Source: Candidatus Latescibacterota bacterium (lineage in GTDB: Bacteria > Latescibacterota > UBA2968 > UBA8231). From it: DNA of 64,000 nt. This document shows positions 26,077 through 36,293 of the stretch, piece after piece. The first letter of the stretch is position 1; each line of letters opens with the position of its first letter. The DNA lies in NCBI GenBank assembly GCA_965261395.1, contig OZ253462.1:1696001-1760000 (forward strand). Reading direction: 5' to 3'. Position numbers and translations under genes: made by a program. The notes beneath the pieces were generated by a model, which saw nothing but the letters and a program-made list of their open reading frames with translations, ran no database searches and had not been told where the DNA came from.

Positions 26077-27174
26077 CTATCTCCCCGGCCTGCCCCGACC
26101 ACCCGGCCTCGCAGCCTCTCCCGCCCCGGTCACGCTGACCCGCGTCCGCGACCGCAGGGTCTCGTAATTGCTCGTAATCAATCGCTCCCCTTCCTCCACG
26201 CCGCGCAGCACCTCCGCGAATGTTGCGTCTTCTAGCCCGATCTCGATCTCCCGCATCTGCGCCCGGGCGCTTTCTTCGACGAATACCACCTTGCGATTCC
26301 TCCTCACTAGCACCAACTCGCGCGGCACCAGCACCGCGTCGGCGTGCGACTCGACCACGATCTCGGCCTTGACGAACATCCCCGGCCGCAGCAAGTGCTC
26401 GGGGTTATCTATCGTCGCCACGGCGCGAAAGGTGCGCGTCGCGGCATCCACCACCGGGTCAACGGCTGAGATGTGGCCGACGAATACCTCGTCCGGGTAG
26501 GAGTAATCAACCGCCCGCACGGGCTGATCCAGCGCGATGTGGCGGATTTGCGAGTTGGGAATCTGCAAGTCGAGCAGCACCTTGCTGTAAGCGACAATGC
26601 GGCAGATCGGCGTGCCGGCCTCGACCAGCGTCTGCTCGCTGGCATCGGTGAACTCGCTGAGTACCCCAGCAATCGGGGCGATGATTGCGGTCTTGCCGAT
26701 CTGGACCAAGGCGTCGTCGTAGTCCGACTGCGCGTCGGCCAAATCCTTGCGCGCCGCTTCGACATCGAACTGGGTCACCAAGCCGCGCTCGACCAATACT
26801 TCTTGTTCGGCAAGGGTTTGGCGCGCGTTCTGCACGGCCAGCTTGCGCGCTACCAGCCGGGCACCGACCATCAGTTCCTCGTTGTCGAGGCGGGCGAGGA
26901 CTTGCCCCTGTTGCACGGCCATCCCCTCGGTCGGCTTGCGCCCGTCGCCTAGTTGGACCAGCGACAAAAACCCCCGCGTCTCGGTTACTACCACTGCTTC
27001 CTGTATCGGCCGCAGCGTCCCCGTGGAGGTCACCACCGACTCGATGGTCCCCAACCCCACCGGCTGCACGGTGACCGGGACCGTCAAATCGGCTGTCTGC
27101 TGAACGGTCTCGCTTTCGCAGCCGACTAGCAACAGGAGCGCCCACGCCGAGGCGCATAGAATTGTATGTCGCAT
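26077..27174 (-). CDS. RND periplasmic adaptor (membrane fusion protein), lipoprotein
   Basis: Lipobox LVGC; IIAPIAGV, VDAATRTF, LRPGMFV motifs. Confidence 0.93.
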   Translation of the reverse strand: MRHTILCASAWALLLLVGCESETVQQTADLTVPVTVQPVGLGTIESVVTSTGTLRPIQEAVVVTETRGFLSLVQLGDGRKPTEGMAVQQGQVLARLDNEELMVGARLVARKLAVQNARQTLAEQEVLVERGLVTQFDVEAARKDLADAQSDYDDALVQIGKTAIIAPIAGVLSEFTDASEQTLVEAGTPICRIVAYSKVLLDLQIPNSQIRHIALDQPVRAVDYSYPDEVFVGHISAVDPVVDAATRTFRAVATIDNPEHLLRPGMFVKAEIVVESHADAVLVPRELVLVRRNRKVVFVEESARAQMREIEIGLEDATFAEVLRGVEEGERLITSNYETLRSRTRVSVTGAGEAARPGGRGRPGR

Positions 27175-27248
27175 GTTTTCCTCAGAGCAGGGCAAGCACA
27201 AGGGTTGTCCCTACAAGATTTGTTGGTATAGATGTACGCGGATAGGAC

Positions 27249-30200
27249 TCAAAATACCCTGTTCAGCCAACGGGTAAGAGCGCTCGGTTGCGACCGCTCG
27301 CCACCGCGGCCGCGCCAATTGCCAAAAGACCCCACGTCTTCCTCGTAGGCCGCTTCCGGCTTGTCTGGGTCAACCCAGCGCCAGCGCACGGCATCGGCGT
27401 AGAGTTGGCCGCTGGCTTGGTCGGACAGTTCGACCGAGGCTTGCTCGCCGCCGGCAAAGTGAAACCGTCCCAGCAAGTTCCAGCCGCCCGTGAGCGCCTC
27501 GCTCTTGAGCGCCAGCGTATCGACCTCACCGCCATGCGCCACGGCGAGCGAAAACGATTCGGCCAAGTTCAAGCCAAAGCGCCGACTAAACTGCGACGGC
27601 ACGAAATAGTACGCCACGTCGTAATCGCCGTCCTTAGGTAGCGTCGCCGTCCACACCGCTGGCTGTGCCCCGTCTCCGGGCTGCTTCCAGCGGAAATTGG
27701 TCTCGTAGCGACCGAAGGCAAGGGGCAGCTCCTGCACCTGCCAGTTGTCGCCTTTAAGCCCGGGCCGCAGATAGCGTTGCACCCGGCGGATCGGCATGGA
27801 AAAGCCCTCGTCGTCGTTATCGACTACGATCTCCGAGAAAAAGTTTTCCTCGTCATCGACGACCCGCACATAGGACTTGGGATAGCCGGCGAAGACCTTT
27901 TCGGGGATGCTCAAGGCCGCGACAATCGGCCGCTGGTTTTTGGCCAGAAACGGCTCGACCATCACCCGGAATGGCCGCGCAAAGAGCACCATGGACACCT
28001 CGACCTCCTGCCCGCCCTCAATGGCGATGGCCTTGGCGGCTTGGTCCTCGCGCCCAAGGGCTTGCACTTCGACAAAACCTCGGCCCGGCTCGCCGTTTTT
28101 GACCCGCACGATCACTTGGTACACCACTTCGCCCCAGCCGTCGTCCATCTTCTTGGCCGTCGCTCGGGTCAGGGTATAGCCCGGCACGTGGGTCCCGTAA
28201 ATCCAGTCGTGGACGAGCTGCTGCACGTCGATTTGCTGGCTACCGACTTCCCCATCGGGGACGACGGCCGCCTCAAAATCGGCAAAGGAGACCTGCTGGT
28301 ACTTGTTGTTCTCGTCAAAGGTGCCGATCGCTTCGATGAACCTGTCGGCTCCCACCACTGACTTGATTACCCGGAAAATGGACAGGCTCTTGGCCTTGAG
28401 GATCGCCCGGTAGAGGCTGGGTTCGGCGTCCTTATCCATCTTTGCCAGCGAGTTCTGCTGCATCTCTACCACTAGCGTGTCCCAGACCGGGCCGGTGTTG
28501 GCGGCGGACTGACGAGTCCCGCCGGGGCCGCCACCCCGCGCGCGCATCATGCTGCCGATCATCCGCGCCATCCCGCCGCCCATCCGGCCACCCCAGCGCC
28601 CCGAAAACATCGCCACTCGCAAGTCGGCGCTGACGTCTTCCTGCATGTAGAGCGGCAACCCGCGCGCGACTAGATCGGCGTGCTCGCCGCCGAAGCCGCG
28701 GTCGAAGGACCATAGCTGCACCAGCGGGCTGCGAAACAGGCCGCTGCGCTCTCCTTCGGGACTGAGAAAATCCTGGAAGACCGCCCCGACCAGCACGTCC
28801 TTTTTTATTTGCGCCTCGTCTTGGTTGCCACGCCGCCGCGCCACCCGCGCCTTGAAGTCGCGCTGGAAGCGGTGGCCCATCAACACGTCTTCCTCGATCA
28901 TCAGCACCCCCGGCTGCACGAGGCCGCCGCGTTCCTCCCAGCCTTCGTAGTACCACTGCACCAGAAAGGGTACCTCCACCAGCGACAGCCTCGGATACGG
29001 GTATCGCAGCCCGGTCTCCTGCTCCATCGCGTCGAAAAGCTGGTCGATGGTCTCGATGACTTTGTCGGCAGCGTCGGCGAAAAAGTGCACCGGGCGCAGG
29101 TGGGCCGGGTGGACGTAGAAAGCGAAGTCAACCTCGCGGACCGTGGCCTCGTACACTTCGTAGCGGCCGGCATTTAGCGAGAGCAGGGGCACCGGATACT
29201 CGACCTGCCACTGCGTGCGGACGCGTTCGCCTTGCGGCTCTTTGGCCACCGGCTGCCCTTGGGTGATCACCTCTAAGCCAGCGGGTACCGACACCGCAAT
29301 TTCCGCGGTGGCGAACGAAGGGGGCGGCGGTGCTTGTGGGTGATAAGCTACCCCGGCGATGGGGTACCAGCCGCTGCGCGGGGGTAAGAAGACGGATTCG
29401 TCGCGGATCCAGGCCGTCAGGTCGCCCTTGATAAAGGGCCATTTGTTCTTGCGCAGCCGCGTCTCGTCGCGCAGCAGGTCAAAGCCTTGGCGATCGATGT
29501 CGCCGTCGTAGGTCAGCGTCAACGTTCGCTCGGCACCGGCCGCCATGGGCGCGGCGACCCGGATCACGGCCGCGCCCCGCGTCCACGCCACCGCATGGCC
29601 CGCTGCATCTTGCACCGAGCGCAGCGTCAAGCCGGGGTTGAGCGCAAAAGTCAGCGTGTCCAGTGCGCCGTCGTGGTAGTTGTACAGCCGCAGCTCGGCC
29701 TTGGCCACAAGCGGTGCAGCTTCGCCGACCAACGCGACTTCTAACTCGTAGTGCTCCACCTGCGGTGCGGGCGCGTCTGCGTAGCGATAGTGCTCGGCGA
29801 GCAGGCGCTGGCGATAGGCTTGGTTGGCTTGGTCCTGCGCGTCGATGTGCTGATACAGCCCCACCGCCGCCAACAGCCCGCCCCCGGCCATCCCCCGCCC
29901 GACCCAAACCCATCTCACCGACTGGGACAGGCGCGGATAAAGCTCAATCGACAGGCCAAAAAGGAACAGCCCCAGAGATAAATAAAATAGCCGCTGGTCA
30001 ATCACCCGCGCTAGGTCGCCCACGCCGATTATGTCCGAGTAGAACAGCGGGGCGAAAAAGGCACCAAAGTCCCACAAGCCGCCGTGGGTCTCGCCGAGGT
30101 AAAACAGCACGGCGAGCGCGTAGGCCATCGTCAGTAGAGCGACGGCCGTCTGGTGCCGCAAGAGTGCCCCTAAAAAGAAGGTCAAGGCCGACATGTACAG

Positions 30201-30680
30201 CAGAGCTGGCAGGGTCATCACCAGCAGGTACAGCAGATAGGGCCGGAGCGTGAAGGGTGCGTCGAGTAGGCTGATCTTGGCCGCTTGGATGGCCACCGTC
30301 AAAACCAGCACCACCAAGCTCAAAGTCAGCAGGGCACCGACGACCCCTAGGTACTTGCCGATGACCAGCTCGGCCGTCGCGATCGGCCGCCCGGCGATCA
30401 CCTCGTGGACCCCGGCCCGCTCGTCCGCGGCGCGGAAGTCGCCGACGATAAAGGCGATCACCATCGCCTGCACGTAGCTATAGACGTAAAAGGGGACAAA
30501 TGCCCCCATGCCCAGCGCCGAGCTGAATTCCATCCCCTGGGCCTCTAGCACCGATAGGCCGATGCCAATCAGCAGCGGCAGCGCGATCCCAATGCCGCCA
30601 AGGATGCGGAAGCGGGTGGTCCGCAAGAGCAGCATCCGCTCGTAGCGGGCCACGCCGAGGATGTTGTGGACGGCGCGCAT
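27249..30680 (-). CDS. ABC-2 permease fused to an M1-aminopeptidase-like fold (no HEXXH) and a golvesin/carbohydrate-binding-like C-terminal domain
   Basis: N-terminal TMs with ELVIGKYLG; M1-like HYELEV...LNPGL and YPYPRLSLVEVP; C-terminal VVDNDD...GWNLLGRF...ADAVRW. Confidence 0.8.
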   Translation of the reverse strand: MRAVHNILGVARYERMLLLRTTRFRILGGIGIALPLLIGIGLSVLEAQGMEFSSALGMGAFVPFYVYSYVQAMVIAFIVGDFRAADERAGVHEVIAGRPIATAELVIGKYLGVVGALLTLSLVVLVLTVAIQAAKISLLDAPFTLRPYLLYLLVMTLPALLYMSALTFFLGALLRHQTAVALLTMAYALAVLFYLGETHGGLWDFGAFFAPLFYSDIIGVGDLARVIDQRLFYLSLGLFLFGLSIELYPRLSQSVRWVWVGRGMAGGGLLAAVGLYQHIDAQDQANQAYRQRLLAEHYRYADAPAPQVEHYELEVALVGEAAPLVAKAELRLYNYHDGALDTLTFALNPGLTLRSVQDAAGHAVAWTRGAAVIRVAAPMAAGAERTLTLTYDGDIDRQGFDLLRDETRLRKNKWPFIKGDLTAWIRDESVFLPPRSGWYPIAGVAYHPQAPPPPSFATAEIAVSVPAGLEVITQGQPVAKEPQGERVRTQWQVEYPVPLLSLNAGRYEVYEATVREVDFAFYVHPAHLRPVHFFADAADKVIETIDQLFDAMEQETGLRYPYPRLSLVEVPFLVQWYYEGWEERGGLVQPGVLMIEEDVLMGHRFQRDFKARVARRRGNQDEAQIKKDVLVGAVFQDFLSPEGERSGLFRSPLVQLWSFDRGFGGEHADLVARGLPLYMQEDVSADLRVAMFSGRWGGRMGGGMARMIGSMMRARGGGPGGTRQSAANTGPVWDTLVVEMQQNSLAKMDKDAEPSLYRAILKAKSLSIFRVIKSVVGADRFIEAIGTFDENNKYQQVSFADFEAAVVPDGEVGSQQIDVQQLVHDWIYGTHVPGYTLTRATAKKMDDGWGEVVYQVIVRVKNGEPGRGFVEVQALGREDQAAKAIAIEGGQEVEVSMVLFARPFRVMVEPFLAKNQRPIVAALSIPEKVFAGYPKSYVRVVDDEENFFSEIVVDNDDEGFSMPIRRVQRYLRPGLKGDNWQVQELPLAFGRYETNFRWKQPGDGAQPAVWTATLPKDGDYDVAYYFVPSQFSRRFGLNLAESFSLAVAHGGEVDTLALKSEALTGGWNLLGRFHFAGGEQASVELSDQASGQLYADAVRWRWVDPDKPEAAYEEDVGSFGNWRGRGGERSQPSALTRWLNRVF

Positions 30681-30685
30681 GGCGT

Positions 30686-31558
30686 TCAGGCCGATCCCAT
30701 AAAATAGATATAGGCGTCTTCGAGATTGGGCGCGGTCGGCACGGCACTCGGCGGCGGGGCCGCGTCGCCGACGAGCCTGAGCGCCATGCCGCCGCCGTCG
30801 GCACTGATAGTGACCACGTTAAAGCGGTCGGCGATGGCTTCAAACCCTGCGTCGTCCGTCTGCAAAAGCCAAGTTTTGCCCTCGGCCTTGGCGACGAAGT
30901 CCGCCGGCGCACCGTGGAAGCGCAACCGCCCCTGATGCAATACGGCTAGGTCCTCGCAGGTGCTCGAAATATCGCCGACGATGTGGGTCGAGATGAGAAT
31001 GGTGCGGCTGGCGCTCAGCTTCCCCAAGATGGCCCGGAAGCGGATTCGCTCCTCTGGGTCCAGCCCGACGGTCGGCTCATCGACGATGATGAACTCAGGA
31101 TCGGCCAAAATCACCTGCGCGATGCCAAGCCGCCGCCGCATCCCCCCCGAAAAGGTGCCCGTCTTGCGCTCGCACACCTCGTAGAGACCCACGTCCTCTA
31201 AGGCTTGGGCGATCCGTTCTCGGCGCTGCCGCTGGTCGTGCAAGCCGCCGAGCCGCCCCATGTAGTCGAGGAATTCCCAAGCCGAAAGCTGCGGGTAGGC
31301 ACCAAAGTGCTGCGGCAAGTAGCCGAGTCGCCGCCGCACTTGGGCGCAGTCCCGCTGGAGGTCCCAGCCGTTGATCTCCACCGCACCCGTGCTGGGTGCC
31401 ATCTGGGTGGAGAGAATTTTGATCAGCGTGGTCTTACCCGCGCCGTTGGGTCCTAAGAGACCAAACGTCCCGTGGCGGATCTCCAAGTTCAGGTCGGAAA
31501 GCGCCGGAACACCACCGCGACCGTAGGTCTTGCTCAGGTTTTGGATGCGTATTCTCAA
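30686..31558 (-). CDS. ABC transporter ATP-binding protein
   Basis: GPNGAGKT, FSGGMRRR, IIVDEP, ISTH. Confidence 0.95.
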   Translation of the reverse strand: MRIRIQNLSKTYGRGGVPALSDLNLEIRHGTFGLLGPNGAGKTTLIKILSTQMAPSTGAVEINGWDLQRDCAQVRRRLGYLPQHFGAYPQLSAWEFLDYMGRLGGLHDQRQRRERIAQALEDVGLYEVCERKTGTFSGGMRRRLGIAQVILADPEFIIVDEPTVGLDPEERIRFRAILGKLSASRTILISTHIVGDISSTCEDLAVLHQGRLRFHGAPADFVAKAEGKTWLLQTDDAGFEAIADRFNVVTISADGGGMALRLVGDAAPPPSAVPTAPNLEDAYIYFMGSA

Positions 31559-32043
31559 AAGCCGCCGCCGTCGCCGCCGCCACCACCGCGGGGACCACCA
31601 CCGCCGCGGGGACCGCCCCGGCCGCCGAAGTTCCTGCGGCGCTCTTGCTGCTCTTGCATATGCGTTTTCAGCACCTCGATCTGCTCTTCGCTGAGGGTCT
31701 CGGTAAGTGCCGTCATAATCTTGCCCCGTATCTCTATTTGCTTCTCGCGCAGGGTCTCGCGCAGGGCCCGGAAATCGCCTTCGCCGCTGAACAGCTCACT
31801 CATCATCTGCTGCCGCTCTGTGTAGAGTGGCTTGAGGCTGCCCCGCAGCGCGAGCAGTTGCTCGTCGGTCACGTTGAATTTCTCCTCAAAGGCCAGCAGA
31901 CCGAAAATCTGGTCCGGCGACATGCCACCACCGCCGCCGCGACCACTCCCGCGACCACTGCCGCCCGGCTGTGCCTCAAGCGACAAAATGCTCAACAGAC
32001 CAATACCCAAGGCCCAGAGGGCCGACTTGCGAATGCGCTTCAT
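31555..32043 (-). CDS. Exported helical protein (Spy/CpxP-like) with Gly/Arg-rich tails; first gene of the export operon
   Basis: Signal peptide MKRIRKSALWALGIGLLSILSLEA; VTDEQ and LSEEQ motifs; RBS GGAGG. Confidence 0.75.
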   Translation of the reverse strand: MKRIRKSALWALGIGLLSILSLEAQPGGSGRGSGRGGGGGMSPDQIFGLLAFEEKFNVTDEQLLALRGSLKPLYTERQQMMSELFSGEGDFRALRETLREKQIEIRGKIMTALTETLSEEQIEVLKTHMQEQQERRRNFGGRGGPRGGGGPRGGGGGDGGGF

Positions 32044-32220
32044 ACAATCCTCCACGTAAAAGGGTTGGGGTAAAATACTAAAATTAGACAAACCATCGCC
32101 CCAACGCATTCCCGCCGTTTGTCCTTTTGCCAATAAACTGCGCCGTGCCGCGGGCGGGCGGCGCTGGCGAAATTTTGGTGGGATGAGTAGGTTGTCTGCT
32201 GCATAGAAAGGAGAGCCACC

Positions 32221-33297
32221 ATGAAGAAACACACAGTAGCTATCATTGGCCTCGGGCGCATGGGCAGCACCATCGACGACGAAGGGCACGGCGACTTGCC
32301 CTATTCGGTCGCGGCCGCGACCAAGGCGAGCGAGCGGTTGGAACTCGTGGCCGGAGCGGACCTCCTGCCGGATAAGCGCGATGCTTTTCAAAGCCGCTGG
32401 GGAGCAGCCGTGTACGAGGACTTCCGCGACATGATCAGCCGCGAAGAGCCAGACCTCGTGGCCATCTGCACAGCGGCCTGTTTGCCCAAGCCCGCTAGGG
32501 AGGCCCCGGATGCGAGCTTTCGCGGCGATTCGCACGCCGACCTAGCGGTGGCAGTGGCCGATCTGGGCGTGCCGATGATCTTCCTCGAAAAGGCCATGGC
32601 CAGCTCCATGGAGCGCGCCGACGAAATCCGCGATGCCGTAAAGCGCAACAACGCACTCTTCAACACGGGCGTCCTGCGCCGCTTTGACAACCGCTACGAG
32701 GTGGTCAAAGATGCGGTCGCCGCCGGTCAGGTCGGCGAGGTCCGGGCCGTGATTCACTACGCCAGTTCCAGCCTGATGCACGGACACATCCATTCGATCG
32801 ACACAGTGTCCTATCTCATCGGCGACCCGGCGATTACAGCCGTGCGCGGCGAGCTGCTGCCCCGAGGCTTGCAAGTCGAGGGCAATCACATTCCGGCCGA
32901 TCCCTTGGCTACCTATCAACTGCGCTTTGCCAACGGCGTCGAGGCGTGGTCAATTCCCGCGGCCCCGTGGGAATTCGAGGTCATCGGCTCGGAGGGCGCA
33001 ATTCGCTCGTGCAACAATGGGGCCGACGTTTCACTGCGCCGGCCCGGTGCCGTGCAAGGACGGAGCGCCTTGTGGGAGGAGGCACCCGTCGATCCGGTGA
33101 CGCCGCGCAGTACGACGCAGTGCTGCTTGGAGGATTTGGTCGCGGCGCGCGAATCCGGCCAACCCACGCGCGGCCACATCGACGTGACACACCACATCAC
33201 AGAAGCCACCATCGCCGTCGCCGAAAGCCATCGCCAAGGCGGCGCTTGGGTAGAACTGCCGCTGCCTTCCCGCGACCTGTACATCTTTCACATTTAG
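32221..33297 (+). CDS. Gfo/Idh/MocA family oxidoreductase
   Basis: AIIGLGRMG, FLEKAMA, HGHIHSID. Confidence 0.88.
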   Translation: MKKHTVAIIGLGRMGSTIDDEGHGDLPYSVAAATKASERLELVAGADLLPDKRDAFQSRWGAAVYEDFRDMISREEPDLVAICTAACLPKPAREAPDASFRGDSHADLAVAVADLGVPMIFLEKAMASSMERADEIRDAVKRNNALFNTGVLRRFDNRYEVVKDAVAAGQVGEVRAVIHYASSSLMHGHIHSIDTVSYLIGDPAITAVRGELLPRGLQVEGNHIPADPLATYQLRFANGVEAWSIPAAPWEFEVIGSEGAIRSCNNGADVSLRRPGAVQGRSALWEEAPVDPVTPRSTTQCCLEDLVAARESGQPTRGHIDVTHHITEATIAVAESHRQGGAWVELPLPSRDLYIFHI

Positions 33298-33336
33298 GAT
33301 GCCCCAAAGGGCCTCTACTCCACCAAAAGGATACAC

Positions 33337-34122
33337 GTGCTAAAAGCAGGCATATTTCTCGACATGGAGAATCTCAACCGCTGCGGCGGCTACGCCATCC
33401 GCTTTCGCCAGATCAAGGCCCTGGTGGAGGCGCAGCAGGCGGTTGTAGTGCGGGCCAACGCCTATATGGCCATTGACCGCGATCGCGAAAAAATGGACCC
33501 AGAGTACCGCCAAAAGAGAGAAACGTATCGCAGTCGAGCGCGGCGGGAGGGCTACCATCTCATACTCAAGGAAGTGCGGCGCTATCTCACTTCAGAAGGC
33601 GAGACCATCGTCAAGGCCGACGCCGACCTAGAGCTGGCGATAGATGCCCTGTTGCAGGCAGAGAATTTGGACTACGTGTTGTTGGGCACTGGCGACGGCG
33701 ACTTCGTGCGCTTGGTGCGCGCCCTGCAAAACCGGGGCAAGCGGGTCGATTTGCTGTCTTTTATGAACACCAGCACCGCGCTGCGCCAAGAGGTAGATTA
33801 CCACTTTTCCGGGTACTTGGTGCCCGACATCCTGTTCTCTGACCGCGATTCAACCCAGCGCCTGCGCGGCATCCTGCACGCGGTCAACGAGGAGAAGGGC
33901 TACGGGTTCTTGACTGCGCAGACCGACTTGGGGCTGGACACCATGCGCGAGGATATTTTTCTGCACATTACCGACCTGCGCATGGCGAGGGGCGGGGTGG
34001 TGTCCAATGCGGACTTTGCCCAGTTGAGGATGCGCGGCGTGATTATCGAGTTCGAGATGGAGGACGATGGCGACCGGAAGAAGGCCGTCAACGCCGTGGA
34101 GTTCCGACCGGAGCTACTGTAA
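33337..34122 (+). CDS. NYN-domain (LabA/DUF88) protein with a C-terminal cold-shock-like OB domain
   Basis: FLDMENL, ADLELAIDAL, GTGDGDFVRLV; C-terminal EKGYGFL...DIFLHITD (RNP1/RNP2-like). Confidence 0.88.
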   Translation: MLKAGIFLDMENLNRCGGYAIRFRQIKALVEAQQAVVVRANAYMAIDRDREKMDPEYRQKRETYRSRARREGYHLILKEVRRYLTSEGETIVKADADLELAIDALLQAENLDYVLLGTGDGDFVRLVRALQNRGKRVDLLSFMNTSTALRQEVDYHFSGYLVPDILFSDRDSTQRLRGILHAVNEEKGYGFLTAQTDLGLDTMREDIFLHITDLRMARGGVVSNADFAQLRMRGVIIEFEMEDDGDRKKAVNAVEFRPELL

Positions 34123-34123
34123 G

Positions 34124-34855
34124 ATGGAGAAGGACTGGTGCGCTGAGGAGTTTCGCTGCATGGTCGCCCTCGGCGAGAGCACCACTGCTGGCGGCTGGAG
34201 CACCGCTCCCGATCGCTGCTGGGTGCCTCTCCTAGGCGCGCTCATCAACGACTTCCAGACCGCGCCTATGCAGGTCGTCAACTCTGGAATCGGTGCCAAC
34301 CTCATCGCTAGGCGCAGCCCGGCGTACGAGGAGAGCGGCAAGCCGGCTGCCGACGAGCGCCTCGACAGACACGTCCTCTCCCACGACCCCGACCTGCTCG
34401 CGATCTCCTACGGCCTCAACGACGCTCGGGGCGGTACGCCATTGGCCCAGTTTTGCGAGGACCTCGCCCTGCTCGTGGGACGCGTGCGCCAACGCGGGAA
34501 CCCGCTCATCCTGTTGCTCGGGCCCTACTTCATGACCGACTTCACCGTCGGGGGGAAGACCTGGAGCCACGCCGATCTGCCCCTGTTTGGGAGCTTCAAC
34601 ACGGCCACGGCCGAGGTGGCGGCACAACTCGACTGTCTGTACGTCGATCTGCTGGCCGCGAGCGGTGCAGCGCCTTGGATGGTCCACTACGACGGCGTGC
34701 ATCAGAACGACCTCGGCCACCGGATCGTCGCCAACCGCATCTTCGAGGTGCTCGCCCAAAATTGTTCCTGCCTGGCGAAGCGGACCCGGCAGGCCGAGCG
34801 GAGCAGTCCGAGGTGGAGGGACGAGTCGGTGCTGAAATCCGACTACGACTTCTGA
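34124..34855 (+). CDS. SGNH/GDSL hydrolase
   Basis: LGESTT, NSGIG, GLND, DGVH blocks. Confidence 0.88.
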   Translation: MEKDWCAEEFRCMVALGESTTAGGWSTAPDRCWVPLLGALINDFQTAPMQVVNSGIGANLIARRSPAYEESGKPAADERLDRHVLSHDPDLLAISYGLNDARGGTPLAQFCEDLALLVGRVRQRGNPLILLLGPYFMTDFTVGGKTWSHADLPLFGSFNTATAEVAAQLDCLYVDLLAASGAAPWMVHYDGVHQNDLGHRIVANRIFEVLAQNCSCLAKRTRQAERSSPRWRDESVLKSDYDF

Positions 34856-34955
34856 CCATGAGCGCGCGAGAACTGGATCTAGCGATGAGATTCCAATGTG
34901 CAGGAGTCCGGTCGGACGAGTTCAGGCTGTCTGTTGAGCTGCGGGGAAAGGAGAT

Positions 34956-35990
34956 ATGAACGCCATGCTTCGCGTCGCTATCGCCGGCTGCCACCGCCAG
35001 ATCCTGCGCAAGCCGACAAGCCACAACTTCGCCGCCGCCTTCTGCGCCAATCCCGACGCGGAAGTCGTCGGTGTCTTCGACTACGGCGAACGGGAACGCG
35101 CAGAATTCGTCGAGTGCTGGCGGGACGTGTGGGGAGAGGTGCCGGCCTTTGACGACTACGAGCAGCTTCTCAAGGAGGTCGCTCCCGACATCGTCTGCAT
35201 CGCCACCCGACAGACAATGCACGCCGACCAGATCGAAAGGGCGGTGGCCGCCGGCGTCCGCGGGATTCTGAGTGACAAACCGCTGGCCACGACCCTCGCC
35301 GAAATGGATCGCATCGTCGCGGCCTGTGCGGAGACCCCCCTTGCCTTCGCCCTCGACCGGCGCTGGGACTCCGCCTATCGGACGCTAAGCTCGGCCATCG
35401 CTGGCGGCCTGATCGGCGAGGTGACCAGCTTGGTGGCATACGGCATCCCGAATACAATCAATCACGGCTGTCACTGGTACGACGCCATGCTCGCGCTGCT
35501 GGGAGATCCGGAGCCCGCATGGGTCAGCGGCTTTGTAGATCCCGGCGACTCCGCGGATGAGCGTCGCCGGATCGATCCGCCCTGCCGTGCGCAGATCGGG
35601 ATGGACAACGGCGGAGTCGCCTATGTAACCTGCGACGGAGCCAAAGGCCCCGCCTTTGAGGTTGCGGGCGATGGCGGACGGATCTCCGTACTCGCCGACG
35701 CGAGCGCAGCCCGCATCTGGAGGGACGACTCTGAAGAGTTATTTCCCCTGCCGCCGAAGGCGGAAGGCTGGCCGGCCGGCATGAACATGGTGAGCGACCT
35801 AGTCCGCGCTGTCAAAGAGGGGGGCCGCACCGCGTGCGACATCTGTGAGGCCCGACGCGCAACCGAAATCGGATTCGCCATCTGCTCTTCCTCGGAGCGG
35901 GAAGGCGTCAGGGTTTTGCTACCCGCAGCGGATCGCTTGCTCCGCGTCGAGTCGTATCCGTGGGGGAACGAAGCTCCGAATGCGCTCTAA
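34956..35990 (+). CDS. Gfo/Idh/MocA family oxidoreductase
   Basis: RVAIAGC, PDIVCIAT, SDKPLA, NHGCHWYD. Confidence 0.88.
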   Translation: MNAMLRVAIAGCHRQILRKPTSHNFAAAFCANPDAEVVGVFDYGERERAEFVECWRDVWGEVPAFDDYEQLLKEVAPDIVCIATRQTMHADQIERAVAAGVRGILSDKPLATTLAEMDRIVAACAETPLAFALDRRWDSAYRTLSSAIAGGLIGEVTSLVAYGIPNTINHGCHWYDAMLALLGDPEPAWVSGFVDPGDSADERRRIDPPCRAQIGMDNGGVAYVTCDGAKGPAFEVAGDGGRISVLADASAARIWRDDSEELFPLPPKAEGWPAGMNMVSDLVRAVKEGGRTACDICEARRATEIGFAICSSSEREGVRVLLPAADRLLRVESYPWGNEAPNAL

Positions 35991-36293
35991 CCCAATGTGC
36001 GGGACTCGCGGTCGAAGGCGAAAGCTTGGTTTGCGCCGCGGTCCATGCGGCCGGCCGGGTGAATCACCCCCGCGACGGTTCGGCGTTTTCCCGCCGATGC
36101 CGCTGATGCACCTCTGCCATCTTGAAGTCGTTGTCTATGACCTGCTGCAAATGCACCATGCGCTCTGGGCCTGCGGTGCGCAACATGGCCTCGCCGTGGA
36201 TGCGGTCAATCCAGAACCGCCCCTCGTTGGCCAGCGCGTTCTGGAAGTCCTCTATGATCGCTGCTGCTGGAGGAGGGCGCAACGGAGGACGGC

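Noticed and set aside
32044-32535. N-terminal extension of ORF 31555..32535
   Set aside because: It overlaps the divergent oxidoreductase; signal peptide and RBS point to ATG 32043.
36064-36290. Possible gene remnant (EDFQNALANEGRFWIDRIHGE...) downstream of the adhesin
   Set aside because: Protein-like, but no start or family can be supported by eye.
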